A stretch of DNA of 64,000 nt, taken from assembly GCA_040384825.1 (NCBI GenBank), contig JAZKIO010000060.1:3559-67558 (forward strand). Direction: 5' to 3'. This document shows, piece by piece, positions 1 to 9,010 of this stretch; within the stretch, counting starts at the first letter, position 1, and each line of letters begins with the position of its first letter. This DNA comes from Pseudomonadota bacterium (lineage in GTDB: Bacteria; Pseudomonadota; Gammaproteobacteria; Burkholderiales; Burkholderiaceae_C). A program made the position numbers and the translations under genes. Under the pieces are notes generated by a model, which searched no databases, was not told where the DNA came from, and worked only from the letters and a program-made list of their open reading frames with translations.

Positions 1-888
1 ACGGCGTTCGCCGCGGCCGACCGCGTGACCACCTGGGCCGAGGACCGCTTCTACGCCGACACCGTGCTGTTCAGCGAATCGACGCCGTACCAGCGCGTCG
101 TCGTCACCGCCAGTGCGCAGGGCGTGCGGCTGTTCCTGAACGGCAACCTGCAGTTCCATTCGCGCGACGAGTACCGCTATCACGAGGCGCTGGTGCACCC
201 GGCGATGGCGGCGCACGGGGCGCCGAAACGCGTGCTCGTGCTCGGCGGCGGCGACGGCATGGCCGTGCGCGAGGTGCTGAAGTATCCGAGCGTCGAGCGG
301 GTCACGCTGGTCGAGCTCGATCCGCGCATGACGCAGCTGTTCTCGAGCCAGCCGCTGCTGCGCCGCCTGAGCGGCGATGCGCTGCTCTCGCCGAAGCTGC
401 AGATCGTCAACGCCGATGCCTTCGGCTGGCTCGAGCAGGACGCGGGCGCCTACGATGTGATCGTGGTCGACTTCCCCGACCCGACCAATTTCTCGATCGG
501 CAAGCTCTACACCACGAGCTTCTACCGGCTGATCGATCAACATCTCGCGGCGAGCGGCTACGCCGTCGTGCAGACGACCTCGCCGCTGATTGCGCGCAAG
601 AGCTTCTGGACCGTGGCGACGACGATCGAGGCCGCGGGTCTCGCGACCACGCCGTACCACGCGCACGTGCCGAGCTTCGGCGAGTGGGGATTCATCGTGG
701 CGAGCCGCCGGCCGTTCCGGATGCCGACCGCGCTGCCCGACGGCCTGCGCTTCCTGTCGCCGGCCGACCTGCCGACGTTGTTCAACTTCCCGCGCGACAT
801 GGCGCGCGTGCCGACCGAGGTCAACCGGCTGTCGAACCAGGTGCTGGTGCAGACCTTCGAAGAGGAATGGGGCAAGGTGCACCAGTGA
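1..888 (+). CDS. speE: Polyamine aminopropyltransferase (spermidine synthase family), 5'-truncated by window edge
   Basis: Frame is open from base 1. Motifs LFLNGNLQF, YHEALVHP, VLVLGGGDG, VELDP and DVIVVDFPDP are typical of spermidine synthases. Confidence 0.85.
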   Translation, partial: TAFAAADRVTTWAEDRFYADTVLFSESTPYQRVVVTASAQGVRLFLNGNLQFHSRDEYRYHEALVHPAMAAHGAPKRVLVLGGGDGMAVREVLKYPSVERVTLVELDPRMTQLFSSQPLLRRLSGDALLSPKLQIVNADAFGWLEQDAGAYDVIVVDFPDPTNFSIGKLYTTSFYRLIDQHLAASGYAVVQTTSPLIARKSFWTVATTIEAAGLATTPYHAHVPSFGEWGFIVASRRPFRMPTALPDGLRFLSPADLPTLFNFPRDMARVPTEVNRLSNQVLVQTFEEEWGKVHQ

Positions 889-2534
889 ACTCGCGGGTGA
901 CGATCCGCCGCCGCGCGCTGCTCGTCGGCGCCGCACTCGCGCCGCTGGCCGGCTGCACGCGCGACGGGCCGATCGCCTATGGCGGCGGCTGGGTCGGCGC
1001 GAGCGTGGAGCGCGGGCACCGCGTGCGCGAACGGGACGCGCTGCTGCGCGCGGCGCCGGCCGTGCAGCGCCGCGTCGGCGCGATCGTCGTCGGCGCCGGC
1101 ATCGCGGGCCTGGCTGCGGCGCGCGCGCTGGCCCGCGCCGGCCTGGACGACGTGCACGTGCTCGATCTGGAGGACGCCGCCGGCGGCAACAGCCGCGGCC
1201 ATGCGATCGCCGGCATGGCCTGCCCGCTCGGCGCGCACTACCTGCCGCTGCCCGGGGAGCACGCGGTCGAGGTGATCGAGTTGCTGGAGGCGCTCGGCGT
1301 GCGCCGCACGGAGCAGGGCCGCGCGGTCCACGACGAGCGCATGCTGTGCCACAGCCCGCAGGAGCGGCTGCACATCGACGGCGCGTGGCACGACGGCCTG
1401 CTGCCGCCGATCGACGCGCTGCCCGAGGCGCAGCGCGCCGACACGCTCGCGCAGTACCGCCGCTTCGGCGCCGCCGTCGCGGCCGCGGGCGCCGGCGGTG
1501 CGTTCGCGATGCCGACCGCGCGCAGCACCTGGAGCGCGCGGCTCGACGCGCTCGACGCCGTCACCTTCGCCGCCTGGCTCGACGCGCAAGGCCTGACCGC
1601 GCCGGCCCTGCGCTGGTACCTGGACTACTGCTGTCGCGACGACTACGGCGCCGGCGCCGCGCAGGTCTCGGCCTGGGCCGGGCTGCACTACTTCGCGAGC
1701 CGGCACGGCTTCCACGCGCCCGGCGCCGGCGCCGACGAGCGCGAGGGCGTGCTGACCTGGCCCGAAGGCAACGCCTGGCTCGCGCGGCGCCTTGCGCAGC
1801 CGCTGCAGGATCGCCTGCACACCGGCTGCATCGCGCTGCGGGTCGCCGAGGAACGCGACGCGGTCGCGGTCGATCTGTGGAACGTCGCCGCGCAGCGTGC
1901 CGAGCGCTGGCAGGCCGCGCAGGTCGTGATGGCGGTGCCGCTGTTCGTGGCGCAGCGCCTAATCGAGTCGCCGTCCGCCGCGCTCACCGTGGCCGCGGGC
2001 GCGCCGCACGCGCCCTGGCTCGTCTCCAACCTGCACCTGGCCGCGCCGCTGGACGAGCGCCCCGGCGCGCCGCTGTCGTGGGACAACGTCGTCTACGACC
2101 CGGCGCGCGCGGACCCCACGCTCGGCTACGTCGACGCGATGCACCAGAGCACGCGCAGCCTGCCGGGCCCGACCGTGCTGACGGCCTACTGGGCGCTCGG
2201 CGGCAACACGCCGGCGGCGCTGTCGGCGTCGCGCGCCCGCCTGCTGAACCAGCCGTGGGCGGCCTGGGCCGGCGCGGTCGTCGACGACCTCGCCCGCGTC
2301 CACCCCGACCTGCCGGGCAAGCTGAAGCAGGTCGACCTGATGCGCTACGGCCACGCGATGAGCGTTCCGGTGCCCGGCCTGCGCAGCAGCGCGGCGCTGC
2401 GCGCGCTCGCGGCGCCGCAACGCCGCGTCCACTTCGCGCACGCCGACCTCTCGGGCTACTCGGTGTTCGAGGAGGCGATGTACCAGGGCACGCGCGCGGC
2501 AGCGCAGCTCATGCGGCGCGACGCCGTCGGGTGA
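885..2534 (+). CDS. FAD/NAD(P)-binding oxidoreductase (flavin amine oxidase-like) with twin-Arg/lipobox-like N-terminus
   Basis: GTG at 885 overlaps the upstream stop (GTGA). Has GAGIAGL dinucleotide-binding motif, GAHYLP, and N-terminal RRRALL...LAGC. Confidence 0.8.
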   Translation: MNSRVTIRRRALLVGAALAPLAGCTRDGPIAYGGGWVGASVERGHRVRERDALLRAAPAVQRRVGAIVVGAGIAGLAAARALARAGLDDVHVLDLEDAAGGNSRGHAIAGMACPLGAHYLPLPGEHAVEVIELLEALGVRRTEQGRAVHDERMLCHSPQERLHIDGAWHDGLLPPIDALPEAQRADTLAQYRRFGAAVAAAGAGGAFAMPTARSTWSARLDALDAVTFAAWLDAQGLTAPALRWYLDYCCRDDYGAGAAQVSAWAGLHYFASRHGFHAPGAGADEREGVLTWPEGNAWLARRLAQPLQDRLHTGCIALRVAEERDAVAVDLWNVAAQRAERWQAAQVVMAVPLFVAQRLIESPSAALTVAAGAPHAPWLVSNLHLAAPLDERPGAPLSWDNVVYDPARADPTLGYVDAMHQSTRSLPGPTVLTAYWALGGNTPAALSASRARLLNQPWAAWAGAVVDDLARVHPDLPGKLKQVDLMRYGHAMSVPVPGLRSSAALRALAAPQRRVHFAHADLSGYSVFEEAMYQGTRAAAQLMRRDAVG

Positions 2535-2556
2535 CCGGTCGACGGGGTCGAACGGG

Positions 2557-4020
2557 TCAGTCGGCGAGCGGTGCCGGCCGGGTGCGGCGGTCCATGCCGG
2601 ACTGGGTGTAGAAATCGCGCTTGGCCGCGTACATGCGTTCGTCGGCGCGCGAGACCATCGCTTCCAGCCGCTCGCCGGCGCGTGCGGTGGCGCAGCCCAT
2701 CGCCAGGCTGAGCATCGCGCCGGGGTAGTACTGGTTGTTCAGGTCCACCAGCGACTGGATGCGCTCGATCATCGCGGCGCCGGCGCGCTCGTCCTCACCC
2801 GGCATCAGCAGCACGAACTCGTCGCCGCCGATGCGCGCGGCGCAGGCCGGCTTGTCCGCCACCTTGCCGAGCACCTCGCCGGCGCGGCGCAGCAGCGCGT
2901 CGCCGGCGGCGTGGCCGGCCTCGTCATTGGTGGCCTTCAGGCGGTTCAGGTCGATCGCGACGATCGTCACCGGCCACGGGCCCTTGCGTTCCAGGCGGTG
3001 CAGTTCGTCCTCGAAGTACGCGCGGTTGCGCAACTGCGTCAGCACGTCGTGCTTGCCCAGGTACTCGAGGTAGGCCTCGGCCTTCTTGCGCGCGGTGATG
3101 TCGATCAGCGCGACCTGCACCAGGCCCCAATCGCGCTCGGCGCCGGGCAGCACCGAGAACTGCAGCAGCACGTTGATCAGCTCGCCGTCGAGCCGGTAGT
3201 TGACGACCTCGCGGTGCTGCATCAGCTTGCCGTGCCACAGGTCGATCAGCTGCTCGGCGAACGGCGTGTGCATCTCGTCGCGGAACACCCGGTCGAGGTT
3301 GCGCAGCAGCGTGTCCTTGTCCGGTGCGTGGAACATCTCGAGCGTGCGACGGTTCACGTCGATCACGCGGATCTCCTGCATGCAGCGGGTCACGAACTCC
3401 GGATGCACCTGCGTGAAGACGCGGAAGTCCTCGATGCCGCGCAAGCGCAGGTCGTCGAGCAGGCGCTTGATGGCGCTGAAATCCTCGACCCACAGCGAGA
3501 CCGGCGAGTCCTCGAACAGCCCGCGCGCATAGCGCTCCGATTCCGCGAGCCGGGCCTCGGCGCGCGTGCGCCCGGTGATGTCCTCGATCGCGACCAGCAC
3601 GCGCGACCAGTCCTGCGCGTGGCCGGGCAGCACGCTGCCGTTGACGAGGATGTCCAGCCGCCGGCCATCCAGGCTGTAGTTGACGGTCTGGCTGGCGAAC
3701 GAGAGCTTGCCGTCCCAGAGCGCGACCAGCTCGTCGATGTGCGGCTCCAGCATCGCGTCGCGGAACACGCGCTCCAGGTTGGCGATCAGGTGGTCGGTGT
3801 CGTCGGCGCCGAACAGCGCCAGCGTGCGGCGGTTGACCTTGACGACCTTCAGGCAGCGGCTGCACTCGGCCACGCGGGCGCGGTCGGCATTGAGGTGCGC
3901 GCGCAGGTCGGTCACGCCGACCGCGCGCCAGGTCGCGAACAGCTCGCGCAGCGCGCTGTAGTCCTCGAGCCAGAGCGATACCGGCGCGAGCTCGAACATC
4001 TCCTCATAGTCGGTGTTCAT
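2557..4020 (-). CDS. Diguanylate cyclase with two tandem PAS-like sensor repeats
   Basis: C-terminal HDVLTQLRNR...DLNRLKATND...GD...RIGGDEF. Duplicated N-terminal blocks FELAPVSLWLEDYS and FEDSPVSLWVEDFS. ATG 4020 overlaps the pepP stop. Confidence 0.9.
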   Translation of the reverse strand: MNTDYEEMFELAPVSLWLEDYSALRELFATWRAVGVTDLRAHLNADRARVAECSRCLKVVKVNRRTLALFGADDTDHLIANLERVFRDAMLEPHIDELVALWDGKLSFASQTVNYSLDGRRLDILVNGSVLPGHAQDWSRVLVAIEDITGRTRAEARLAESERYARGLFEDSPVSLWVEDFSAIKRLLDDLRLRGIEDFRVFTQVHPEFVTRCMQEIRVIDVNRRTLEMFHAPDKDTLLRNLDRVFRDEMHTPFAEQLIDLWHGKLMQHREVVNYRLDGELINVLLQFSVLPGAERDWGLVQVALIDITARKKAEAYLEYLGKHDVLTQLRNRAYFEDELHRLERKGPWPVTIVAIDLNRLKATNDEAGHAAGDALLRRAGEVLGKVADKPACAARIGGDEFVLLMPGEDERAGAAMIERIQSLVDLNNQYYPGAMLSLAMGCATARAGERLEAMVSRADERMYAAKRDFYTQSGMDRRTRPAPLAD

Positions 4021-5420
4021 GCCGCGGCCCGCGTGTCGTTCATCAGCGCCTCGATCTCGCCGGCTTCGACCGGCACGCCGCGGCTGATCAGCTCGCAGCC
4101 GGTGTCGGTGACGACCGCGTCGTCCTCGATGCGGATGCCGATGTGCCAGAAGCGCTCCGGCACGCCGACCGCAGGCCGCACGTACAGGCCGGGCTCCAGC
4201 GTCACGACCATGCCCGGCTCGAGCACGCGCGAGGGCTTGGCGTGGATGGTGCGGCCGGCGCCGTCGAGCCGCTCGACCGGTGCCTCGCCGAGCGACAGGT
4301 ACTCGCCCACGTCGTGCACGTCGCGCCCCAGCCAGTGGCCGGTGCCGTGCATGTAGAACTGGCGGTAGGCGGTCGCGGCGATCGCGTCGTCGAGCGTGCC
4401 GACCACGTCGCGGTCCAGCAGCCCCGAATCCAGCATGCCCTGCGTCAGCACGCGCACCGCGGCGTGGTGCGCATCGAGGTGGCGCGCGCCCGGGCGGGTG
4501 ACCGCGGCGGCGGCCTGCTGCGCGGCGAGCACGATGTCGTAGAGCTCGCGTTGCGCCGGCGTGAAGCGGCCGTCGGCGGGGAAGGTGCGCGTGATGTCGC
4601 TGGCGTAGCCGTCGAGCTCGCAGCCGGCGTCGATCAGGCACAGCTCGCCGGCGCGCAGCTCGGCGTCGCTGGCGGCGTAGTGCAGCACGCAGGCGTTGGC
4701 GGCGGCCGCGACGATCGACGGGTACGCCGGGCTCTGCGCGCCGCGGCGCCGGAACTCGTGCAGCAACTCGGCCTCGATCTCGTACTCGCGCACGGTGCCG
4801 TTCGGCGCGGCGCGGAAGCGCGCGGCCGAGAAGCGCATCGCGCGGGCGTGGGCGTCGGCGCTGATCTGTGCGGCGCGGCGCATCGTCGCCAGTTCGGCGG
4901 CGTCCTTGCGCAGCCGCATCTCGGCGAGTAGCGGCGACAGGTCGCGCACCGTGGCCGGTGACTCGACGCCGCTGCGGGCGCGCGAGCGCAGCGTGGCGAG
5001 CCAGCCGTCGACCTGCTGTGCCACGCCGGACCCGGGCTGGAACGGGAACCACACCGCGGGCGCGCCGGCCAGCCCCTCGAGCATGAAGGTGTCGAGCGTC
5101 TCTATGTCGAACGCGGTGTCGACGCCGAGCGCGGCGGGAGCCGCTTCGACGCCGAGCCGCACGCCGTCCCAGATCTCCATCTCCGGGTTCTTCGCGCGGC
5201 AGCCGATCGCGCTCGCGCCGTTCGCGTTCAGCACCAGCCAGCTGCCCGGCTCGTCGAAGCCGGTCAGGTGGTGGAACGAGCTGTCGTGGCGGAACGGGTG
5301 GTCGTTGTCGCTGTTGCGGTTGCGCTCGGGCGCGGTCGGGATGACGGCGACGCCGCCCCCGGCCGCGCGCAGGGCCGCGGCGAGTTGCGCGCGCCGCGCG
5401 GCGAAGACGGAAGAATCCAT
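4017..5420 (-). CDS. pepP: Xaa-Pro aminopeptidase (M24B)
   Basis: AMP_N region FRHDSSFHHLTGF. Metal-ligand motifs IDAGCELDGYASDITRTFP, HGTGHWLGRDVHD, LEPGLY and GIRIEDD. Confidence 0.93.
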   Translation of the reverse strand: MDSSVFAARRAQLAAALRAAGGGVAVIPTAPERNRNSDNDHPFRHDSSFHHLTGFDEPGSWLVLNANGASAIGCRAKNPEMEIWDGVRLGVEAAPAALGVDTAFDIETLDTFMLEGLAGAPAVWFPFQPGSGVAQQVDGWLATLRSRARSGVESPATVRDLSPLLAEMRLRKDAAELATMRRAAQISADAHARAMRFSAARFRAAPNGTVREYEIEAELLHEFRRRGAQSPAYPSIVAAAANACVLHYAASDAELRAGELCLIDAGCELDGYASDITRTFPADGRFTPAQRELYDIVLAAQQAAAAVTRPGARHLDAHHAAVRVLTQGMLDSGLLDRDVVGTLDDAIAATAYRQFYMHGTGHWLGRDVHDVGEYLSLGEAPVERLDGAGRTIHAKPSRVLEPGMVVTLEPGLYVRPAVGVPERFWHIGIRIEDDAVVTDTGCELISRGVPVEAGEIEALMNDTRAAA

Positions 5421-5514
5421 CCGCGAACTGTAGCCGCGGTCGGGTCGCCCGGGTGGCGTCGCGACGCTTCGGCTAACCTCGCCGCTCTGTCGACACGAAC
5501 ACCGGACCACCACC

Positions 5515-6495
5515 ATGCAATACCGACGATTGGGCCGCAGCGGCCTGCAGGTCAGCGAGCTCTCGCTCGGCTCCTGGGTCACGTACCACAACCAGGTCGA
5601 CACGGCCGCCGCGACCGAGATGCTCGCCGCCGCGATGGACGGCGGCATCAACTTCTTCGACAACGCCGAGGTCTACGCCAACGGTGAGAGCGAGCGCGTG
5701 ATGGGCGCCGCGTTCAAGGCGCTGAAGTGGCCGCGCCTGAGCTACGTGGTCTCGACCAAGTTCTTCTGGGGCCTGGCGACCGAGGGCGAGGGCATCAACC
5801 GCAAGAACACGCTGAACCGCAAGTACCTGATGCAGGCGATCGACGGCTCGCTGCAGCGCATGGGGCTGGACCACATCGACCTGGTCTACTGCCACCGCCC
5901 CGACCCGGCCACGCCGATCGAGGAGACCGTGCGCGCCATGAGCGACATGATCACGCAGGGCAAGGCGCTCTACTGGGGCACGAGCGAGTGGAGCGCCGGC
6001 GAGATCCGCGCCGCGTGGGAGACCGCCGACCGCCACCACCTGCACAAGCCGGTGATGGAGCAGCCGCAGTACCACCTGTTCCACCGCCAGCGCGTCGAGA
6101 AGGAATACGCGCGGCTCTACGACGACATCGGCATCGGCCTCACGACCTGGAGCCCCCTGGCCAGCGGCCTGCTGACCGGCAAGTACAAGGACGGCATCCC
6201 GCCCGGCAGCCGCGGCGCGCTCGAGAACATGGGCTACCTCGCGAAGAGCCTGACCGACGCGCGCAAGCTCGCGGCCGTCGAGCAGCTCGCGCCGATCGCG
6301 GCGGAGCTGGGCTGCAGCGTCGCGCAACTGGCGATCGCGTGGGTCGCGAAGAACCCGCGCGTCAGCACGGTGATCACCGGGGCGTCGAAGCTGTCGCAGC
6401 TGCAGGCGAACCTGGGCGCGGTCGACGTGATCGCGAAGCTCACGCCCGAGGTGATGGCGCGGATCGACGCGATCAGCGCGCCGATCGCGCAGTGA
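5515..6495 (+). CDS. Aldo/keto reductase (Kv-beta-like family)
   Basis: [58 protein letters not shown]. Confidence 0.92.
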   Translation: MQYRRLGRSGLQVSELSLGSWVTYHNQVDTAAATEMLAAAMDGGINFFDNAEVYANGESERVMGAAFKALKWPRLSYVVSTKFFWGLATEGEGINRKNTLNRKYLMQAIDGSLQRMGLDHIDLVYCHRPDPATPIEETVRAMSDMITQGKALYWGTSEWSAGEIRAAWETADRHHLHKPVMEQPQYHLFHRQRVEKEYARLYDDIGIGLTTWSPLASGLLTGKYKDGIPPGSRGALENMGYLAKSLTDARKLAAVEQLAPIAAELGCSVAQLAIAWVAKNPRVSTVITGASKLSQLQANLGAVDVIAKLTPEVMARIDAISAPIAQ

Positions 6496-6510
6496 CGGGG
6501 CGCGGCCCGG

Positions 6511-6882
6511 TCAGGGCCGCTTGAACACCCGCCACGCGTACCAGGCGCCGGTGCCGAGCAGCGCGACGACGCCGAGGCGGCGCGCGCTGCGCAGCGTGCG
6601 GCGCAGGCCGAACGCCGGCGCCAGGCCGCCGACCAGCGCGGCCGCGGTGCGGTAGCGCCGCAGCAGCCCCAGGCCCAGCGCCAGCCAGCCGGCCGTGTTG
6701 GCGGGCAGCCGGTTCGCGCCGATCAGCGCCTGCCCGATGCCGCCGGGCAGCGCCGAACGCAGCAGGTGCGTCACGCTCGCGGCCTCGCGCAGGCGGCCGA
6801 CATCGCTGCGCAGCATGCTGCGCTCGAAGGCGATGCGGGTGAGCAGGAGCTGCTTGCGGGCGTCGCGATCGATCGGGCTCAT
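6511..6882 (-). CDS. YqjK-like small membrane protein
   Basis: RKQLLLTRIAFER start, hydrophobic C-terminus, third gene of a DUF883-YqjE-YqjK-like cluster. Confidence 0.65.
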   Translation of the reverse strand: MSPIDRDARKQLLLTRIAFERSMLRSDVGRLREAASVTHLLRSALPGGIGQALIGANRLPANTAGWLALGLGLLRRYRTAAALVGGLAPAFGLRRTLRSARRLGVVALLGTGAWYAWRVFKRP

Positions 6883-6892
6883 GGGGTCGTCC

Positions 6893-7309
6893 TCAAGGTC
6901 GATCCGATGCCGAAGGCAGCGGCCCGGGCGCGGCCTCGCCGCGCATGAACGCGGCGTCGTTGCGCAACTCGGTCAGCGTGTCGGCCAGCAGCGGCGGGTG
7001 GCTGCGCAGCCGCTCGCGCAGCCACAGCAGCACCGCCACGCCGGCCGCGAGGTAGACCAGCGCGATCCAGCCCAGCACCGCGTAGCCGAGCGTGGCCCAC
7101 AGCGCGAGCGCGACCCAGGCCGACAGCGCGAGTGCCGCGCCGGCCAGCAGCAGCGCCGCGGCGAAGGCCGCGACCAGCGTGAACACCAGCCGCGCACGCG
7201 CCTCGCCGAGCTCGATGCTGGCCAGCTCGAGCCGGCTCTGCAGCATCCCGAACAGGCTGCCGCCGAGGCGCGTCAACGCCTCCAGCAGGCCCGGATCCTC
7301 ACGGCTCAT
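6893..7309 (-). CDS. YqjE-like membrane protein (so-called phage holin family)
   Basis: RLELASIELGE followed by two TM helices and TLTELRND; lies downstream of a DUF883 gene. Confidence 0.8.
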   Translation of the reverse strand: MSREDPGLLEALTRLGGSLFGMLQSRLELASIELGEARARLVFTLVAAFAAALLLAGAALALSAWVALALWATLGYAVLGWIALVYLAAGVAVLLWLRERLRSHPPLLADTLTELRNDAAFMRGEAAPGPLPSASDRP

Positions 7310-7331
7310 TCGCGGGACTCGCGGAAGCGGA

Positions 7332-7649
7332 TCAGCGGCGGCCGATCAGCAGGCCGATCACGACGCCGACGCTGGCGGCGGCGACGATCGAGCGCCATGG
7401 GTTCTCGTGCACGTAGTCGTCGGTCGCGGTGGCCGCGGCCTTGCCCTTCTGCACGGCGGCGGACTGGGCGTCGTCGATCTTGCCGCGCAGCGCCTTGAGC
7501 TGCTGCATCGCCTTGGCGCGCAGCTCGGCGGCGCGTTCGCCGGTGCTGTTGGCGGCCTGGGTGAGCATGTCTTCGGCGCCGCTGATGGCGTCGTTGACGG
7601 CGGTGTGGGCGGCGTCCGAGATATCGGCGGCGGTGGCTTTGGCGTTCAT
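7332..7649 (-). CDS. DUF883 / ElaB-YqjD family tail-anchored protein
   Basis: C-terminal TDDYVHENPWRSIVAAASVGVVIGLLIGRR signature. Confidence 0.9.
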   Translation of the reverse strand: MNAKATAADISDAAHTAVNDAISGAEDMLTQAANSTGERAAELRAKAMQQLKALRGKIDDAQSAAVQKGKAAATATDDYVHENPWRSIVAAASVGVVIGLLIGRR

Positions 7650-7811
7650 CGGGGGGTTCCTTCGTTCATGGCGCGAGCATCGACGGTCAGCCACTGCGCT
7701 CGGTGCGGCCGACCCGGGAGAAGGGCCCAACGATCAGCAAACCTCGTGCCGCCCTCTCGTGTGGTCCGGGGCGGCTGCTCCTGCGGCAATCATAGTGCGC
7801 GATTCAGCGAT

Positions 7812-8513
7812 TCAGCGATTCAACGCGTCCAGCTGCGCCGGCGTGCCGACGTTTTCCCACGCCCCGGGGTAGACCTCCGCGGTGATGCGGCGCTGGCGCA
7901 TGCCTTCGAACAGCAGCGGCGCGAGCGCGACCTTCGTGCCGGGTACGACGCCGGCCAGCAGCGCACCCCGCATCAGTGCGAAGTTGGCATAGGTCCAGGT
8001 GCGGCCGTCGGGGCCGGCGCCGTCGGCGAGGCCGTGGCCCTGCGCATCGAGACCGAAATCGCCCTTAGTGTGGAACGGCGGATTCGGCACCAGCCACAGG
8101 TGCGCGTGCGCCGTGCCCGCTGCGAAACGCTCGGCGGCCGCGGGGTCGAAGGCGAAGTCCGGCGCGTGGATGTCGCCGGAGACGACCCAGAACGGCTCGT
8201 CCGCGCGCTCGACCAGCAGCGGCAGCGCGGTGGCGATGCCGCCCGCGGTCTCGAGCGCGCCGCCGAAATTGCGGCCCTCCATCGAATAGCGCAGCGCGAC
8301 GCCGAAGCGCGCGCCGTCACCGAGCGCGGCGACGATCTGCTCCTCCAGCCACGCGGTGTTGACGACGATCTCGCGCACGCCGGCCCGCGCCAGCGCCTCG
8401 ATGTGCCACTCGATCAGCGGCTTGCCGCGCACCGGCAGCAGCGGCTTCGGCGTGTGGTCGGTCAGCGGCCGCATGCGCTGACCGCGGCCCGCCGCCAGGA
8501 TGATCGCTTTCAT
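7812..8513 (-). CDS. murU: Nucleotidyltransferase, N-acetylmuramate-1-phosphate uridylyltransferase-like
   Basis: MKAIILAAGRGQRMRPLTDHTPKPLL, VVNTAWL, ALETAGGI, WENVGTPAQL. Confidence 0.85.
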   Translation of the reverse strand: MKAIILAAGRGQRMRPLTDHTPKPLLPVRGKPLIEWHIEALARAGVREIVVNTAWLEEQIVAALGDGARFGVALRYSMEGRNFGGALETAGGIATALPLLVERADEPFWVVSGDIHAPDFAFDPAAAERFAAGTAHAHLWLVPNPPFHTKGDFGLDAQGHGLADGAGPDGRTWTYANFALMRGALLAGVVPGTKVALAPLLFEGMRQRRITAEVYPGAWENVGTPAQLDALNR

Positions 8514-8905
8514 GAAGTCACCTCGATCCCGCGCTCCAGCGCGTGGCGCTCGACGCGCCCTGGCGCGAACGTGTCGATCAGCGCGCCGAGCAACGCGTGC
8601 GCGCGCGCCGAGTTGTCGCCGCCCAGGTTGCAGACGTACACGTCCAGCGTCACGCCCGCGAGCTCGGGCCAGGTGTGGACGGCGAGGTGCGATTCGGCCA
8701 GCAGCACCACGCCGGTGATGCCGACCGGCGCGTCGGCCGGCGCACCGGGCGCGGGCGCGAAGCGGTGGAAGAGTTCGCCCACCGGCTGCAGGCCCGCCGC
8801 CTGCACCGCGGCGATGCACACGCGGCGCAGCGCGTCGAGGTCGGTCATCGGGGCGCGATCGACCGGGCAATCGCGCAGGTCGGCGGTGAGGTGCAGTCCG
8901 TGCAT
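8510..8905 (-). CDS. speD: S-adenosylmethionine decarboxylase proenzyme
   Basis: MHGLHLTADL start, GITGVVLLAESHLAVHTWPE with the ES autocleavage site, DVYVC. Confidence 0.9.
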   Translation of the reverse strand: MHGLHLTADLRDCPVDRAPMTDLDALRRVCIAAVQAAGLQPVGELFHRFAPAPGAPADAPVGITGVVLLAESHLAVHTWPELAGVTLDVYVCNLGGDNSARAHALLGALIDTFAPGRVERHALERGIEVTS

Positions 8906-9010
8906 CGCGCGGATTATCCCGGGCGCGCCGCCACTGGCGCCGGCGCGCCCGGCGCCGGATTCGGTCGCCCCTAAAATGGCCGGCTTTCCGCCCACCCGCA
9001 CCGGACCCGC

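Noticed and set aside
6893-7309. Prophage holin
   Set aside because: It sits in the chromosomal DUF883/YqjE/YqjK-like cluster, with no endolysin or other phage genes nearby.
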